A stretch of 64,000 bases of DNA from Lepidodermella squamata (Eukaryota; Animalia; Gastrotricha). Under the pieces are notes generated by a model. It was not told where the DNA came from, did no database searches, and saw only the letters and a list, made by a program, of their open reading frames with translations. Shown here piece by piece: positions 1-13,635 of this stretch. The translations under genes were made by a program, and so were the position numbers. Numbering within the stretch: position 1 is the stretch's first letter; each line of letters begins with the position of its first letter. The DNA lies in assembly GCA_047495785.1 (NCBI GenBank), contig JBLDXI010000033.1:2852001-2916000 (forward strand), in the 5' to 3' direction.

Positions 1-2020
1 TAACTGCTGGGTTCGTTACGACATTCGATAGAATTGCTTGCGCGCTATCGATAGTGTCGTCTTGCTGCGCATAAGCTTTTATCATTGCTGCTTCTGAGAG
101 GTATCGCCGACATCGGCAAAGAAAACGCAGCAGCAGCAGATAGAAAATGCTCATCCCGGATGTGCGCACACTCGAGTGTGCGCCGAGCAAACAGGTAGCA
201 CAAAAATGTCTCAACGAAAAATTCAGCAAACACTAAATCGTGGCTTATTCTCTCGGAAGCGCGCCCAAACGACTGTACCGCATCATTTTAATTCGCATCC
301 GTTAGCTCTACATCACTTCCTCCTGCGTTCGCTCACATAATAAGCTTACCACTCATCGTAGAACACAGCCCCTCTCCAGAAGCTTCGAAGATGGAAAATT
401 CAACCCAATTTATTCCAATCTGTTTAGCATTTCATCGTAACATTCCATGAATAATTACTATCCTATCGAAGCAAAGATTCAGCCGGTGGTTAATGTCTGT
501 AATTTTTTTCGCGCCTAATAATTCGATTCAGACATCCTGAACCCCGAAAAAGGAGCGATACTATGGAAGTCTTGAAGGGGGAGTGCACCGCAACCTTCCC
601 GGGCGAGAAACGAAATCACATTGCCGCATTCCCGTCCCTTTTCCTCGCGGCTTATTACATTTCTTCAAATCCGTTATTTTCTATTTTACTTGAATTTACA
701 TGGCTGACTTGGCGGCTGTGCTGTTAGATTAGCATCGACACGACGAGCACTCACTGCGCATGCGATGAATATCTTGTGCTTCTCTATCGATTTATTGGCA
801 ATTTTAGAAATTATATGCTGCATCCTTACTACTGTGAATAGCGCAGTGTGCATTTTTGCAGTTTCCGTTTCGTAGGCTATCTCGCGCCAACATTGTTATG
901 TGTATTTAAACAGCAATAATATATGTTCGATAGTGCTGCTCTATTTAGCAGAAGCGCATCAGCACTGTTATTTTATGCGACTAATAGCGCCGACGATGAT
1001 AGCAGGCGCGCGAGCGGCATTCAAGTGTGCGCAAAAAAAGCTCACGCAAAGCGCGCTCGCCGCCGCCGCCGACCTGTGCATCACGACGCTGCGCATGTGT
1101 CTGCATGGGCGCATTCGCCGCAGCGCCGGCGCACATCGGCGTGATCATTAGCAGCCATCGGCGCTCGCCAACTGCCGCCGCGCCTGTCTTGTCTTACGCG
1201 CTCACTCGCTCGAGTAAAAAACGATAATAATGCGCGCAATACGCACAAGCTATGCTCACTAGCACTATCGCTCGCCTAGCTAGTAGGCAGCGACGACAAG
1301 GATGACGACGACGACGACGACGGCGATGCGATTTTATTATTAGTAACAAGACTGCTATGTCGCCGAAGCGGGATCGAGCTGTTCAAGTTACCCTGCTCGG
1401 CCTGCGCCGCCCTGCGCGCTCGTTCTCCGTAATGGCTGTCGACGAATTTTGAGCGCGATACGCGGCGCCTAATAGCATTAGGCTGCCTGCATGCCGTCGA
1501 TTTTCTTGCCCGTGCGCCGGGGCCGCGCCGGCGCCATGCCCTCATCTTGTTATACTTGTCATGCGCCGCACCACGCCGTGCTCCCTTGACGCCGAGCGAT
1601 GATTTTTTCGCTGCCTTGGTCAAATTTTTATAACATTTGCAGTATCACTCAATCAGTAACTGTATTTCCCCCTTTAATTCCTGCATTCGCACACGACGTC
1701 ATACATGTATATATATATATTGCTTTGCACCAATCGAAGAATTAAATAATAATTCTCTCTACGTTTTGATTGCCACTTGCACAGCTATTCGTCTGCTAAT
1801 ATTATAGGTCCTGCGGTTGATTTATTTTGCGTTATACCTGAGAGGGAATTTTTCATTGCGAAGAATGAGCCCGTGAAGCAGTCAGATTTGAATGAATCGC
1901 TGAGTGTGGCCGGCCGGCAGCCGCATCATCTTGTTCAGCTCCGTGCGCCACCGTGCCCTCCCTGCTAAACTTCTATTTATCCTTGTTTGAAATTATGTTT
2001 TCGATTCGCCAACATTTCAG

Positions 2021-3340
2021 CCTTACTACACGGAATAACGGAGAGGAGCGCCAAGAAGGTGGCCCCAATCACCCGTCGTCGCCGCCCGACAAAAAGCCTG
2101 CGCCGGCTCCAATTGACCCGGAAAAGCCTCAACTGACTGATATTTTATCGTGGGAAGATTCGTTCGATAATCTCCTCAACAGTAAAAGTGAGTCCTCATA
2201 TTGAAACCGCATACTCCACGTACATAACCTTTCGATATCATTTCAGAGGGTCGACCCATATTCCAAAATTTTCTCAAGCAAGAATTTTCGGACGAGAACT
2301 TGCTATTTTGGATCGCTTGCGAAGAACTCAAGTCGGAGAAGAGCAAGGATGCGATAGAAGAGCGTGCCCGAATGATCTATGAAGACTTTATTTCAGTGCT
2401 TTCGCCAAAAGAGGTTTGCAAAATTTAGAGACCAGCGATTTTACTGTGCACTGCATGTTACTTGAGCAAAAACCACAAAAAATCTAGATAAACTGGGGCG
2501 CGCAAATGGCATTTTTTTAATTATATTCATGAAGTACGTTGATGCAGCCTTGATACAGCCCATGTTTCATGTATACAATGCTTAACGTCCACTATATTTG
2601 TCGGAAACTCCCTGCTCCTTCCACCCGGGTAGTCTAGAAAGCTGGCTAGGATTTCGGCATTAATCAAGAAACTGTCTCACGTAACTAGGTTAACCTCATC
2701 AAAAAATCTGTGAATTTGGTCTCGCCATCATGTAATATGGCTGTGAAGGCATTGTGGGGAGGGTTGACAACTTTTCTAGCTTGATAATATCCCATTAACT
2801 TGCCTAGCTAACAAACTCATTCGGCCAGCAAATTAAATTACATATAGATGGTAAAAAACAAAGGAAAGCAGCTAGGAAGCAATATTTTGTTTGTTCGCAA
2901 AATTTAGCTTCTGTACCTTGGTTATGTTTGCTGGGATAATAGGCTTTAAATCAACTATGAATTACATCCTCGTGCGATATTTCGATTCAAGTATCATTCT
3001 TTTCGAAATTGCATTGTTCTTTTAATTTTCGCAGGTGAGTTTAGACGCTCGAGTGAGAGAGCAGGTGAATCGAGCAATGGTCGAGCCGCGGGCGAACATC
3101 TTCGACGAAGCTCAGCTTCAAGTATACATGCTTATGAAACGAGACTCGTATCCAAGGTTCCTCGGTTCGTCCATCTATAAAAAACTAATGCAAGACGCCG
3201 GCAAAGGCTCATCCTCGCTGATGGCGGCTTCAAGCCGTGCTGGTAGGTTCCTCTAGTCTCAGGCGTTCTATTAATATTGAAACTTGTCGTCCTTAGGTGC
3301 GGCTGCTGGATCTCCAGATTCATCACTAACAACTTCGTAA
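2021..3340 (+). CDS. Regulator of G-protein signalling, RZ subfamily (RGS17/19/20-like); 5'-partial. Exons 2021-2187, 2247-2413, 3035-3242, 3297-3340
   Basis: Spliced translation [41 protein letters not shown]...IYEDFISVLSPKE-VSLDARVRE...FDEAQLQVYMLMKRDSYPRFL is an RGS domain of the RGS19/GAIP type. GT-AG introns join in phase. The first exon starts (C)LTTRN, as follows the cysteine string in RGS17/20; no Cys-string exon was found in the window, so it is probably upstream. Confidence 0.9.
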
Positions 3341-5139
3341 CGGCTGCGCAATGATCACAATTTTATTATTTTGAAAATTATTGTTTCGACTCTTCTTTTC
3401 TATAAAAACAAATAACATTTTCACCGTACAAAATCATAGCTTGAGAATTCTTTATAGACACACTTCAAACTTGTTGCGAGAATGCTATTATAGAATTTTT
3501 ACAAGCAATCGCTCGTTGAAAATTTTTGATTTTGCAAAACTAACTAATTTGTTGCTCGTTGAGCAATCGCCACATATTACATTCGACGAGGTCTCCTCAA
3601 ATTTTGATCTGATCGTCCTTCTCACGTTATGTTTCTCTGTTGCCATGTTATTACCGCCGTTCGAAGCGTTCTCGATATCGCCATGCAATTTTCTAGAAAA
3701 ATCCTCAATATCCAAAGTTCAATACACCGATCTAGCGAACCTCCCCTGTCGACTATCAGATGCCGAAGCTTCGATTGAATCTTAACGAGAGTGCTTCAGC
3801 AATCCACACAACTATCGATCACACGCGGCGCGTCCATAACCACTTCCAATCGGTCAGTCTGAAGTTGGCGAATCATCACTGCGAAAACATATTGTCGGCG
3901 ATAGGCACGGATTGTTATTTTTCAATAATTTCCTTGAAACAACTCGAAATCAACTTAATCATACGATACCATGTGATTACTCCTCATCGTCATCTTCGCT
4001 TTATCTCTTCTCTCGCCTCTCCTTCTCTCGCCCTCCTCCTTGTCTGCGGACACACAGCGCCCCTTGATCATCTCAGAAGCAGTTCCCGGTTTCACGACGA
4101 CGCTGGCTTCAGGAATAAACATCGGCAAGCCTTAATTTATCTGTGTGCAAACATGTACCGCACGCTCTCCTCCCTATGGTAACTGTTGTCGATTTATTAC
4201 CTGCCAATGATATGCTCTGCAGTCGGTCGCCGATCATCAACTTCCACGTACGATCATCTTCGGAGGCAACAAATCACCAGGCGATCGATCGGTTGTTGTT
4301 GAGGTCAACGTGATAAAGTTGGCTCTCACCACCAGACGCGCTTGGCGGCGATAGCATTATTCTATTTAGACGGGCTTCAACCTCTGGCAATATTTGTATG
4401 AATCGCCGCCGCTACGGCGCATCTCTGTGTATCTCTCTTTTATTGGCGTATTCGATGTGATAAAAATGGGCAGATTAGTGGCCTCCACGTTCATCTTCGA
4501 AATTCGAACGTTGAGGCTCAACTGTTCGCGATCCAGCGGTAAAGGAGTGAAGTCGCGTTGAGGCGCTGTAGAAACCTTAGAAAATTGATTGAAACTAGTT
4601 TCCTGTCAAATAAGCGAAATTCAGAGGTAATTAAAACCCTATGATTTACTTAGGATACGGCGATTCTCGTATTATTATGATGATGCACGTCTGGGAAATC
4701 GCTAACAACGATTACTACATACTTTTGAATGCCTAAGCGAATGAGCTATAATATTGAAATATCCTTTTCTTCATCTTCTTCAGGAAAGTCTTTGTGTCCA
4801 TACTACTACATACAACATAGGTGCGCGGGTTGGTGTCTATGCGCGCCCTAGATTGTCGTCCTTGAATGTCGCGAAAATGTACATGTCAGCATCTAATTGT
4901 ATATTGTATTTGTGCAAAGAATTGTTACTATATACCAAATTATCTATTCTGTTATATTCGAAAGTCACGGAAATTTAAATGAATTGCATAAATAATGGAG
5001 AAAAGAATAAAGAATACCGAATACAGGTCTCTTTAACCGTTGGATTTTGAATTTCAAGGTCGTTGTTAGGCCGTTGCTTTTCAGCGACGCACCAGGAAAA
5101 ACGCAGAAAAAGAAATTGGGTGATGCAATTGTATCAGTC

Positions 5140-5142
<3 letters not shown>

Positions 5143-5180
<38 letters not shown>
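5143..5180. repeat. (AG)n microsatellite
   Basis: About 19 perfect AG units. Confidence 0.95.
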
Positions 5181-5181
<1 letters not shown>

Positions 5182-8100
5182 AGGGCCGACGCTATCGAAT
5201 TCCAATCGGGCGAATAGTTAACTCTTCCATTGAACGATAAACTAGTTCAACAGGGCCAGATGAGAAGGAGAACTACAGGCTTTATTACTTTTGTGGAAGG
5301 TGAATAAGATTCTACGACCGAGCTGAAAGACCGATTGCCTGCCCATGCGGATTATGAACCTGGTCTACCACCACACCGGAGAAAGAAAGGAAAGAAGGGG
5401 AAGAGGAAAGATAGCCTCCGAAGCTGAAATATGGGATCTGATCGCAGCTGTTGATCTCAAACTGGCTGAAATAAGCACGCGTTCTTGACTATTCGTACTT
5501 GGAAAGGATTCCAGTGGCGAATAGTTGAACATCTTTTGCTCAAAATATTCTATATTCGAAACCGAGTAAGGCAAGGCGTAAGCTCATACTTTACCTGGTT
5601 GGAAAGAGCGATTCCCGTGGATGCAGTTTTATTGATTGAATCGATTGAATCATCGACCTAACCGTTCGTTTCGAACTCGGCACCACCAAGCTAGCCGATG
5701 TCGATGCTGAGAAGAGGGGTCATTACGTGTGTCTACCTTCAGAAGCGATTCGATCTCGAATGAATCGAGGTGTTGGTGCTTAAGGTCGGTGCTCTTGGCA
5801 TTATTCCCCGTCAATTTTTCAACTTTTTAAAACGCTTTGAGCTGCCACCAACCACCAATTATCGCCCATTACATCGTGATCTCCGTGATCACCATCAGAA
5901 TAAATCAAGGTTTGAATGACCACGAAAGTAATCGTTTTTATACCACGTGCATCATTGGATAGCTCATTTCGAGAGGAATATAACGATATAAATGTTGGGC
6001 CCTATTCGTTTTTTATTGTTATAAATGTCAGCACTAATAAAAACATAGGTAACAGCCCCTTTCAAACGCAACGCGACGAAATGAAAAATATTAGTTAACA
6101 AGACAAACCCTATGTTGGCTGTTTTGCTGTCGGAGAATGATGAGAAATAATTTCGTTAGGGTTTTTACATTCCGCAGCCGGTCATCTTTCCTGGTAACGA
6201 TCATTAGAATATTTTTAATTTTTAATCACGAGCTTGAAACACAATTAACAGCTATTAACCAGGTGATGCGTGCTAAAATTAATTTACACCCCGCGATAAA
6301 ACATTAGACCTGAGGACTCGCTGAATCAACGTGCAGATTGAGGGCTTAAGACTATGTTTTATTGCAGACCTGTGGTCTTACATAGGATTTTATGGTATTA
6401 CACATTAAAGAAACCAAAACAAAATTTAAAAAAATGCCATATCATATATGAAGTATTTCCATATAATTCCCAGATGCTTTTATGCGTGCTCTTGCGATCA
6501 AGCTACATATCGTTTTGATCACCCAACGATTAGCGGCACATTTTCTGCTCAGAACTGAGATTCAAAGAATCACTGCCATCGATTTAGCATCACTCTTGGA
6601 TGAGCCTGTATTTTTCCTGAAATTCTTACAAAATTACAAAATTACAAAATAAAAAATGCATGGACAATTTTTCCAAAATGGGCTGAGCTTGGGAATATGA
6701 CACGACACAGTAAGTTGACAGACGCGTTTTTATGGTCCTGCGACCATATACAAGAGAACATGTTGCAAGAAAACCCACCTGCAAAGTTACATGTCGGTCT
6801 GATCACCCAATCGTTCCTCTTCAGCTAAGGTGATAGCTTCTACCCCGCCAAGAAGTAATTGACTACGTGGATTTCTGCGCTGACTTTGATGAGAATCCCA
6901 ACGTTGCCGCCGTTCAAAGGGAACGTTTTGCGAACCTATATGGGAAATTCGCAACCTGCATGCATATAGGCATCACTGTATGTGGTATGGTAGTTTTAAA
7001 AAATTCAAATTCAAAATTAAGCATGCGACTCCTTTAAAACCTCCTTTAAAACCACCAGTGCCGGAAAGGAGTGTGAAAAATGATTCGCTGGCAAGTGCTG
7101 TAGTTTTAAACACAAAAACGGCATGATTGAAGGATATAGCGAGGCGTGAAAGACGACGACGAATGTTCCTGGGAGATAATTCGGAAAAATAAGGAATAAG
7201 GACAAGAAAACATAAACTTGAACAATAGAAGAAATACGTAAAACGTGGCAATGATCACCCGAACGCGACTGGCATTCACCGCGTGCCTTAATTGTAAATT
7301 ATTTCTGAAGTTAAGAAACTTGTTGTTAACATCAAGGACACGAAGAAAACGCCAATCGCTGCTTCAGTCTCATTTAAGAAAACAGAATTACACAGACCTA
7401 GAATGCAACATCGAAGTGAGCCTGATGAAAATGAAAGAAAATGTGCAGTTTCGATAAGCAACCATCACCTATATATGCCGGCCATTCCTGCAAAACGTGA
7501 CAGGATAGCCCGATATGGGCAATCGAACTGCTTCGGGGTGAAAATCACGTAGCAGCGATGCGTGAGTCGATACTGGCAGTTCGGCGCAAAAGAGCATCAG
7601 CTAAAGCTGACAAGTGATATAAATCGAAAGCACGAATTTGGCTAACTGAGGCTCGAACTACAGGCCGTCGGCGCCTTATGTAGTCAGCCTCTAAGGCGCG
7701 TATAAACAGCGACAAGACACCGAGTACGGATGGCCCGTGTTGAATTATCGTCGATTGCTCGGCGCTCGATGAAGATGAGCGCGCACCAGGTAAGTTGACA
7801 CACTGGTAATTTGATCGCTTAATTTTCGCAAGCGTTTAATAGCGTCGGCAAGCGCGCGTTGAGGCGCTGCTCGTCCGGCGCCGAACACGAACACGCGCGA
7901 ACACGCGCTTGTATTACACCTATCATCATTGCGGCTTATTAGTGCGCAGCGAACGTGCGCTGGCTGGCTATCTTCACCGATTCGATATTGCGATCAGATT
8001 TCGCGTCGATGCGTTGTGTTGCTTTTAGCAGCTGGGCGGAAGCGAGCTATGTAATATAGCAAAAAGGGATGTCGCCTCCTCTTCACAATCTTTGCGCCAA

Positions 8101-9065
8101 GGACACTAATAATCAACACCTACAACACACGTCGCATCTATCACTCCAATTTATCGCGTAAACAAAACAGCCGGCGATGCACTTCGGTCGTGCTGTAAAA
8201 TTCTTAGTTTGAAACGAAAGTTGTGGAAGTTAGAGGAGTCTCGCACTTTGTCTCGTATCTTAATTTGCTCTGCAGCAAATTCAATCTCGCAAGTATATAA
8301 TATGCGGTCGTAAACAGAACCGCGGCGATGGCACCTACACATTGATGATAGGTATAGCAAGAACAGTGACACGACTTGTGCACATGCGAACGCGGCGAAT
8401 TTGAGAAGGAAAAACGAGCAAAGCAAAACATGTACGAAAATTGTATAGAATTACGCATCGGCAAAATTAACGTCGCGCTCATCGGCTCACTTTTTCGGTT
8501 GTTAGTGACGAGAAGCCGTCGATTTTCGTGTTCTCCGCCTGAGCCTCACCTTGTCATAATTTTGTCGCGCGCGGCTCGTTTCAAGTCTCACTGTGCACCA
8601 GTAAATCAATAGCGGTACGTAGCTAATGAAGAAGACACGAGTCGTATAGATTAGCTGACCACTATAGCTGCCATACGATGATCAACTTTTGCCATTATTC
8701 GAGACATTTTACGAGTTTCTTTATTAGCAAAGCTCTTAAAATGCTTCACTTTTTATTCTTCATCTTTCTTTATTCTTTACTCTATTTCGTCCGCTCCCTT
8801 GCAGAGAATCGGATGAAATCTTACAACGTCCATCTTCGAGGACGAAAATCTACAGTATTCATTCCATTTGAACAAATGAAATAAAATAAAATTATTGGCA
8901 TTATGACACAGCAGAGATGTGTCTCTCGCTGCCATGTTTAAAGAATAACATTGTAATGCTTCATCATTCCTTGGTTTGTATCTCCCACTTCAGGATTTTA
9001 TTGCCGGATCACACATCGCATGTAATTGAATGGATACATAATTCACATAATAACGGATGCATTCA

Positions 9066-9822
9066 ATTTATTTATTTATTTATTTAAAGAGCGTGATATC
9101 CAGGTTTGGAAGCTCTACAAGAGAAAAAAGTGCAGCCGCTAGTTATCGTGCAGAGAGCCATAGTCATTCGGAGCCGTTTCAGAGGTCGGGGTTAAACTTT
9201 GTTTGAAAAATGCATAGGCAGTTCGTTGTATGTTAGTTGTCGGCCGTTTTAGCGTTCTGTGTTTCCCACGACAGGTTGTTGAAGAGCACTGCGCCTCGGT
9301 ATGCCATAGTGTTTTCTGTCCATGCTTAGATCGTAGACATGGAACGACGAGGGTGTTGTTGAACACGCTTCGCGTCATTGGTTGGTCTGGGTCAAATTCT
9401 TTCCGGACGGAAATTTCGCACAGATATTCGGGAGCCTCACCGTTCACGCACCGCCAGACCAATGTTGATAGGTGTACGTTACGCTTTTGGTGCATCGGGA
9501 GCCATCGTAACTTCTTGCGCAGCGGTTCGACGCCGGCACGTTTCGGAGCTTTCATGATAATCCTGATTGATCGATCTTGTATCGTTTGCAGTGGTAAGTT
9601 CGTGTCAGCTGATTGAGCCATGACATTGTCAGCGTATCCTGGGTAACTCAAAACAATGCCGTTCGCCATCATTTTCAGGGTATTTCTATCCATGTATTTG
9701 GAGGCCAGCTTCAGCGCATACAAGCCGCGACGCGCTCGATTTCTAATCGCAAAGAACCAGCTCAGTTTATTCTTTCTCTCCGCTTGCACGGCGGATCTCG
9801 CTTCTAAGAATTTACTCGTCAC
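9066..9822 (-). mobile_element. 5'-truncated non-LTR retrotransposon 3' end (CR1/L2-group ORF2 C-terminus)
   Basis: ORF 9139-9822 has LQTIQDRSIRII...LRKKLRWLP...LVWRCVNGEAPEYL...TRS, typical of the post-RT region, and is followed on the minus strand by a (TAAA)n tail at ~9066-9086. Confidence 0.8.
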
Positions 9823-10640
9823 GGATGGACGTGTTTTCAGACTTCAAAAACAACCCGATAAAACCGTTCAGACGTTTATTTCTTTGCCTTCAAATAATCA
9901 CGATGGGCCATCTTTCGATTTCGCCACTATTATATATTGAATAAAAAGTTGATGGTATTTACAGCTTTAGGCGAGTTTTTTCTGCGTTTATGCTGGCAGA
10001 AAATGAAAACACAAGGATTTGCAGACTGCTCAGTTTCAACTGCACGAATCTTGAGTTTCCACAACAGCCAAACAACAAACCAAAACAAAAAGAAATCAAA
10101 GTAAAACGTTGATAAAAAATCCGTGCAAAGATAATCTTGTTGATGTTTCACTTTGACTGAAAATAAGGGTCACCTTGCTACTACTATTATTATCCTCGCT
10201 CCTTACTACTTACTCAATTAGCCCGATTTCATCACGGAGGCAGACGAATATTCACAATATATTTGTTGTTAAAGATATACATCATCTGCATGGTACATGA
10301 TCATCAAGATCTCGTCATCATCGTAGCAACACACGAATTGTGACACTTTCAACTTTCAATTACTGAATCAGTGAGAGAAAACGTTTTCAGCCTTATATAG
10401 TTCTCGATTCTTTTTGCGTCTTTCTCATGACGAGTGAAGAACAAGCCGCTACTAAGGAATTCACCGCAAAACACGTCCCGCAAAACAGAAGGTCGGAGTA
10501 TAGCAACAGGGACAAGTTGATTTATAACACAAACTCGTTATAGATATTCAAGGAGAAGGAGCACGCTCGATCAACTACAAATTAGAAGAGCCCATTGTGG
10601 ACAAAAATCACGATTATGACAGGAGCTTTCAGACGAGAGC

Positions 10641-13076
10641 TCAGGAATCATGTTCGCTGCTTTCCAGCATGTTGTAGTCGAATAGCGACGTCGGGCGGCT
10701 ATTTTCAGTTCGCGCTTCTCTTTCATCCGTGTCATCGCCAATGCTTACCGTACCGTGGCCAGGTCCGGTTTCATGACCCCAGGTTGAATCTATATGCAAA
10801 GAAAAAATCATCAATCTGTTTGTGAATCGTAAAACCGTGCTGACTTACTTTTTGCAAGATGCTCTGAGACGTATTTCTCCAATTTCTCAAAGTTTCCCAT
10901 TCCAGCTCTTGGGGTTGTAGCCATGAGCTAAATTAAAGACAAATTCATGTTCAGAATGGATAAAAAGATAACTTTCAACGCATGCATACCTGTTCATCGA
11001 GGAAGCTTCCATTTTTGCCCAGTTCGCTTCCTTCCTCCTCGTCATCTTCGTCATCGCTGCCAAGTCGGAAAGTGGCAGTAGGAATAGACGAGAAAGGCTG
11101 TTGCTGCAACGAATCGCCAAGCTGTTCAGCCATCGACGCGCGGCGAAATGCATCGTTTGATCGCTCCAACAAAAATGACAATGCGCTAAAGAAAATTTTT
11201 AAATTGAAATGCTCCGAGGCAATATTAATAGGTAGCTTACTTTGATATTTTCAGCGTAGATGGAGTTGCTAGGAGAGGAGCACCGGTACGCTCTTTTTCA
11301 TCGGGTTGGCTCATTGAATTCAGAATCCATGTATTATTCAGCAATTCGACAGCACTCGGTCGAATTTTTGCATCTCTCACGAGCAAGGTGCGCACAAAAT
11401 GCTTCGCGCGCTCCGTAACGAACTGCCATTCTTGCTCCGGGAACTCGACTTCGCATGCTTGGATCTTGAAAAATAGGTCCATTTGGCAGTCCGTGCAGTA
11501 TTTGCCCATGTCGCGCCATCCACAGGATGCACCACAGTCGCCGTTGAACGGGGCGTAACCGCATAACAAGACGTAAGTAATGACGCCCAACGACCAGAGA
11601 TCGCACCGCTTGTCGTACGTAGACGCCTGGTCCGTCAGCCACGCGTCGACCACCTCTGGCGCCATGAACTCGGCCGAGCCGACCGGCGTCAGCAGGGCTG
11701 GCGTTGTCGAGTTGTTTTCGCGCACGAGACGCACCGGAGAGCCAAGGTCAAAATCGCAAATCATAACCGGGTCTAGTTGGCCCGAGCGGGCGCACAAAAT
11801 GTTCTCGGGCTTGATGTCGCGGTGGGCGATGCCTTTGCTGTGGAGGTACGCAAGTCCAGACGCGACTTGGCGCACAACACCCGCTGCTTCGATTTCAAGC
11901 AGCCTGCCTCGCTGAACTATCGTTTCGAAGAGTGAATTGTTCATTCGTGGAAAGACGAGGAAAAACCGTCCGTCTTCTTCAAAGTACTCTTTAAGATCGA
12001 TAATGTGTGGATGACCGGAGCACAGAGAGTAGATCTCGATTTCTTTGAAAACCTTCTGGCGAGCACGTTCATTGCCGAAACTCTCGACGACCTTGACGGC
12101 AACTTCCTTGTGATCGGAAACGCGTCGGAACGACTCTACGCGAGCGTACGCTCCCGATCCCAAAATCTAATAAAGAAAAGAGGTTTTTAAAGTAGTAAAT
12201 CAAACAATGGCTTTGGCCGGCCAAGTGCTCACAGGTTTTCAAGTCGCATGTTCATACTCTCCACACATTATGGTTACAAACTATCACATTGTATTTGCGA
12301 GTGATAGTTCAGCCTAAAACCCACACTTTCAAGTTTTAGTCGATTAAGGAATCCGACGATTTTCCCTTTAGTTGATGGATCCCATCAAGAAGATTTATCT
12401 GCTTTTCTCACGATACTAAGTCGATTAGCGGGGAAATGCATGGATTTGAAGGGCGTAAGACCCTCCATTGAAGTCGGAACAAATTAGGGCGTGTTAATTG
12501 AACGTTTAACATTGCGTGCAAGTTGGCTCCGTGGCCTTCGAAATGCTAGATTGTAATCAAATTACGCTAATTTTTGTATCAACTCAATTCCCCAGGTAAT
12601 TCTAGCAAATATTGCCATCCTGCTAAAAAATCACATGGAGAAAAACAGTAAGCCAATCTAGTCGGACTGCATTCTACTCTCGAATTTCATTGCTCGGAAA
12701 ACTCCTGTTTCATCTCACTCAAGAACCAATCTTAAACCTTCCATCATAGCTATGCAAATGAGACGCAACTCAAGAAAACTTAACAAATTGAGAGTTTTAT
12801 TCAAAAAAGCAACAGGCATGTTTATTATTGCACAAGGCCCCTTTTTGTTTGATGGTTGAATAAATTCGGTAAGTTCTCTTGGGGTGCGTCTCAAATTATG
12901 CTTTCAAATATATCTATATCGATATATATCCATAGAAATATATTTTTACTTACCTCAGATAATGGCACATAGAGGTCGTTAAAAGTTTTCGGCTTGCTTT
13001 TGTTAGTGGAGCGAACGATGGCGAAGGAGCCGTCCAACTCCGTCACAGGACGTTCTGTGATCACTGTCTCGCTCAT
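10641..13076 (-). CDS. MKNK1: MAP kinase-interacting Ser/Thr kinase (MNK / Lk6). Exons 13076-12954, 12166-11241, 11185-10990, 10927-10849, 10789-10641
   Basis: Kinase motifs GSGAYA, VAVK, HRDIKPEN, the MNK-specific DFD (not DFG), activation loop TPALLTPVGSAEFMAPE and Zn-binding insert CGASCGW...CTDCQ. All introns GT-AG and in phase. Confidence 0.92.
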
Positions 13077-13164
13077 CTGACTGTTGCTGTGTTGAGCCGC
13101 AGTTGACGAAGGACGATTGGTAAAAGGCTGATGGTTTTCTTTTTTCGTATTTTAACATGACCAC

Positions 13165-13254
13165 CTAAATAAATACGACAGAGTTTTGAAAAGTTGCCAA
13201 TATAATGACGAAGTCAAGCATTGCTCGATTATTTTTTAGTAAAAATTCTTTATT
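13165..13254 (-). promoter_or_regulatory. Putative intercistronic region: RAD23 poly(A) signal (AATAAA, 13254-13249) and splice acceptor TTTATTTAG (AG at 13166-13165) before MNK
   Basis: Both motifs are read directly on the minus strand, about 85 nt apart. Confidence 0.55.
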
Positions 13255-13635
13255 GTGGTTCAAAATTGTGACGCCACATTTCATTTGCGCGAAACTATAA
13301 AGTACCTTCTCTTTCTACCCATGTTTTATGGGCAAGAAAGAGAAAGCCCAAATGAACTCTGTCTATGCACCGAAGCTTCTGGAATATTGTCAATCACCGT
13401 GTGGGAAAATTATGGATATGCAATGAACTTTGTCTTATCGTAAACGCACAGAGAAAGGAGTTTTCAACTATATTTTGCATGAGCACATAAGGCCATTCTT
13501 TGTCAGATGCGCCATTTCTTGATAGCGATTTTAAAAGAGAAAAACTGTACGCATTGAATGCTTGAATGTATACTGTACAAAATTCTGCTTCAAAATATTC
13601 ACTATTAATTAACAGGAAAGCGTCACTTCCAAAGC

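Noticed and set aside
3381-4182. ORFs of 134 and 140 aa after RGS
   Set aside because: Composition and position fit a 3' UTR; no motifs or splice support
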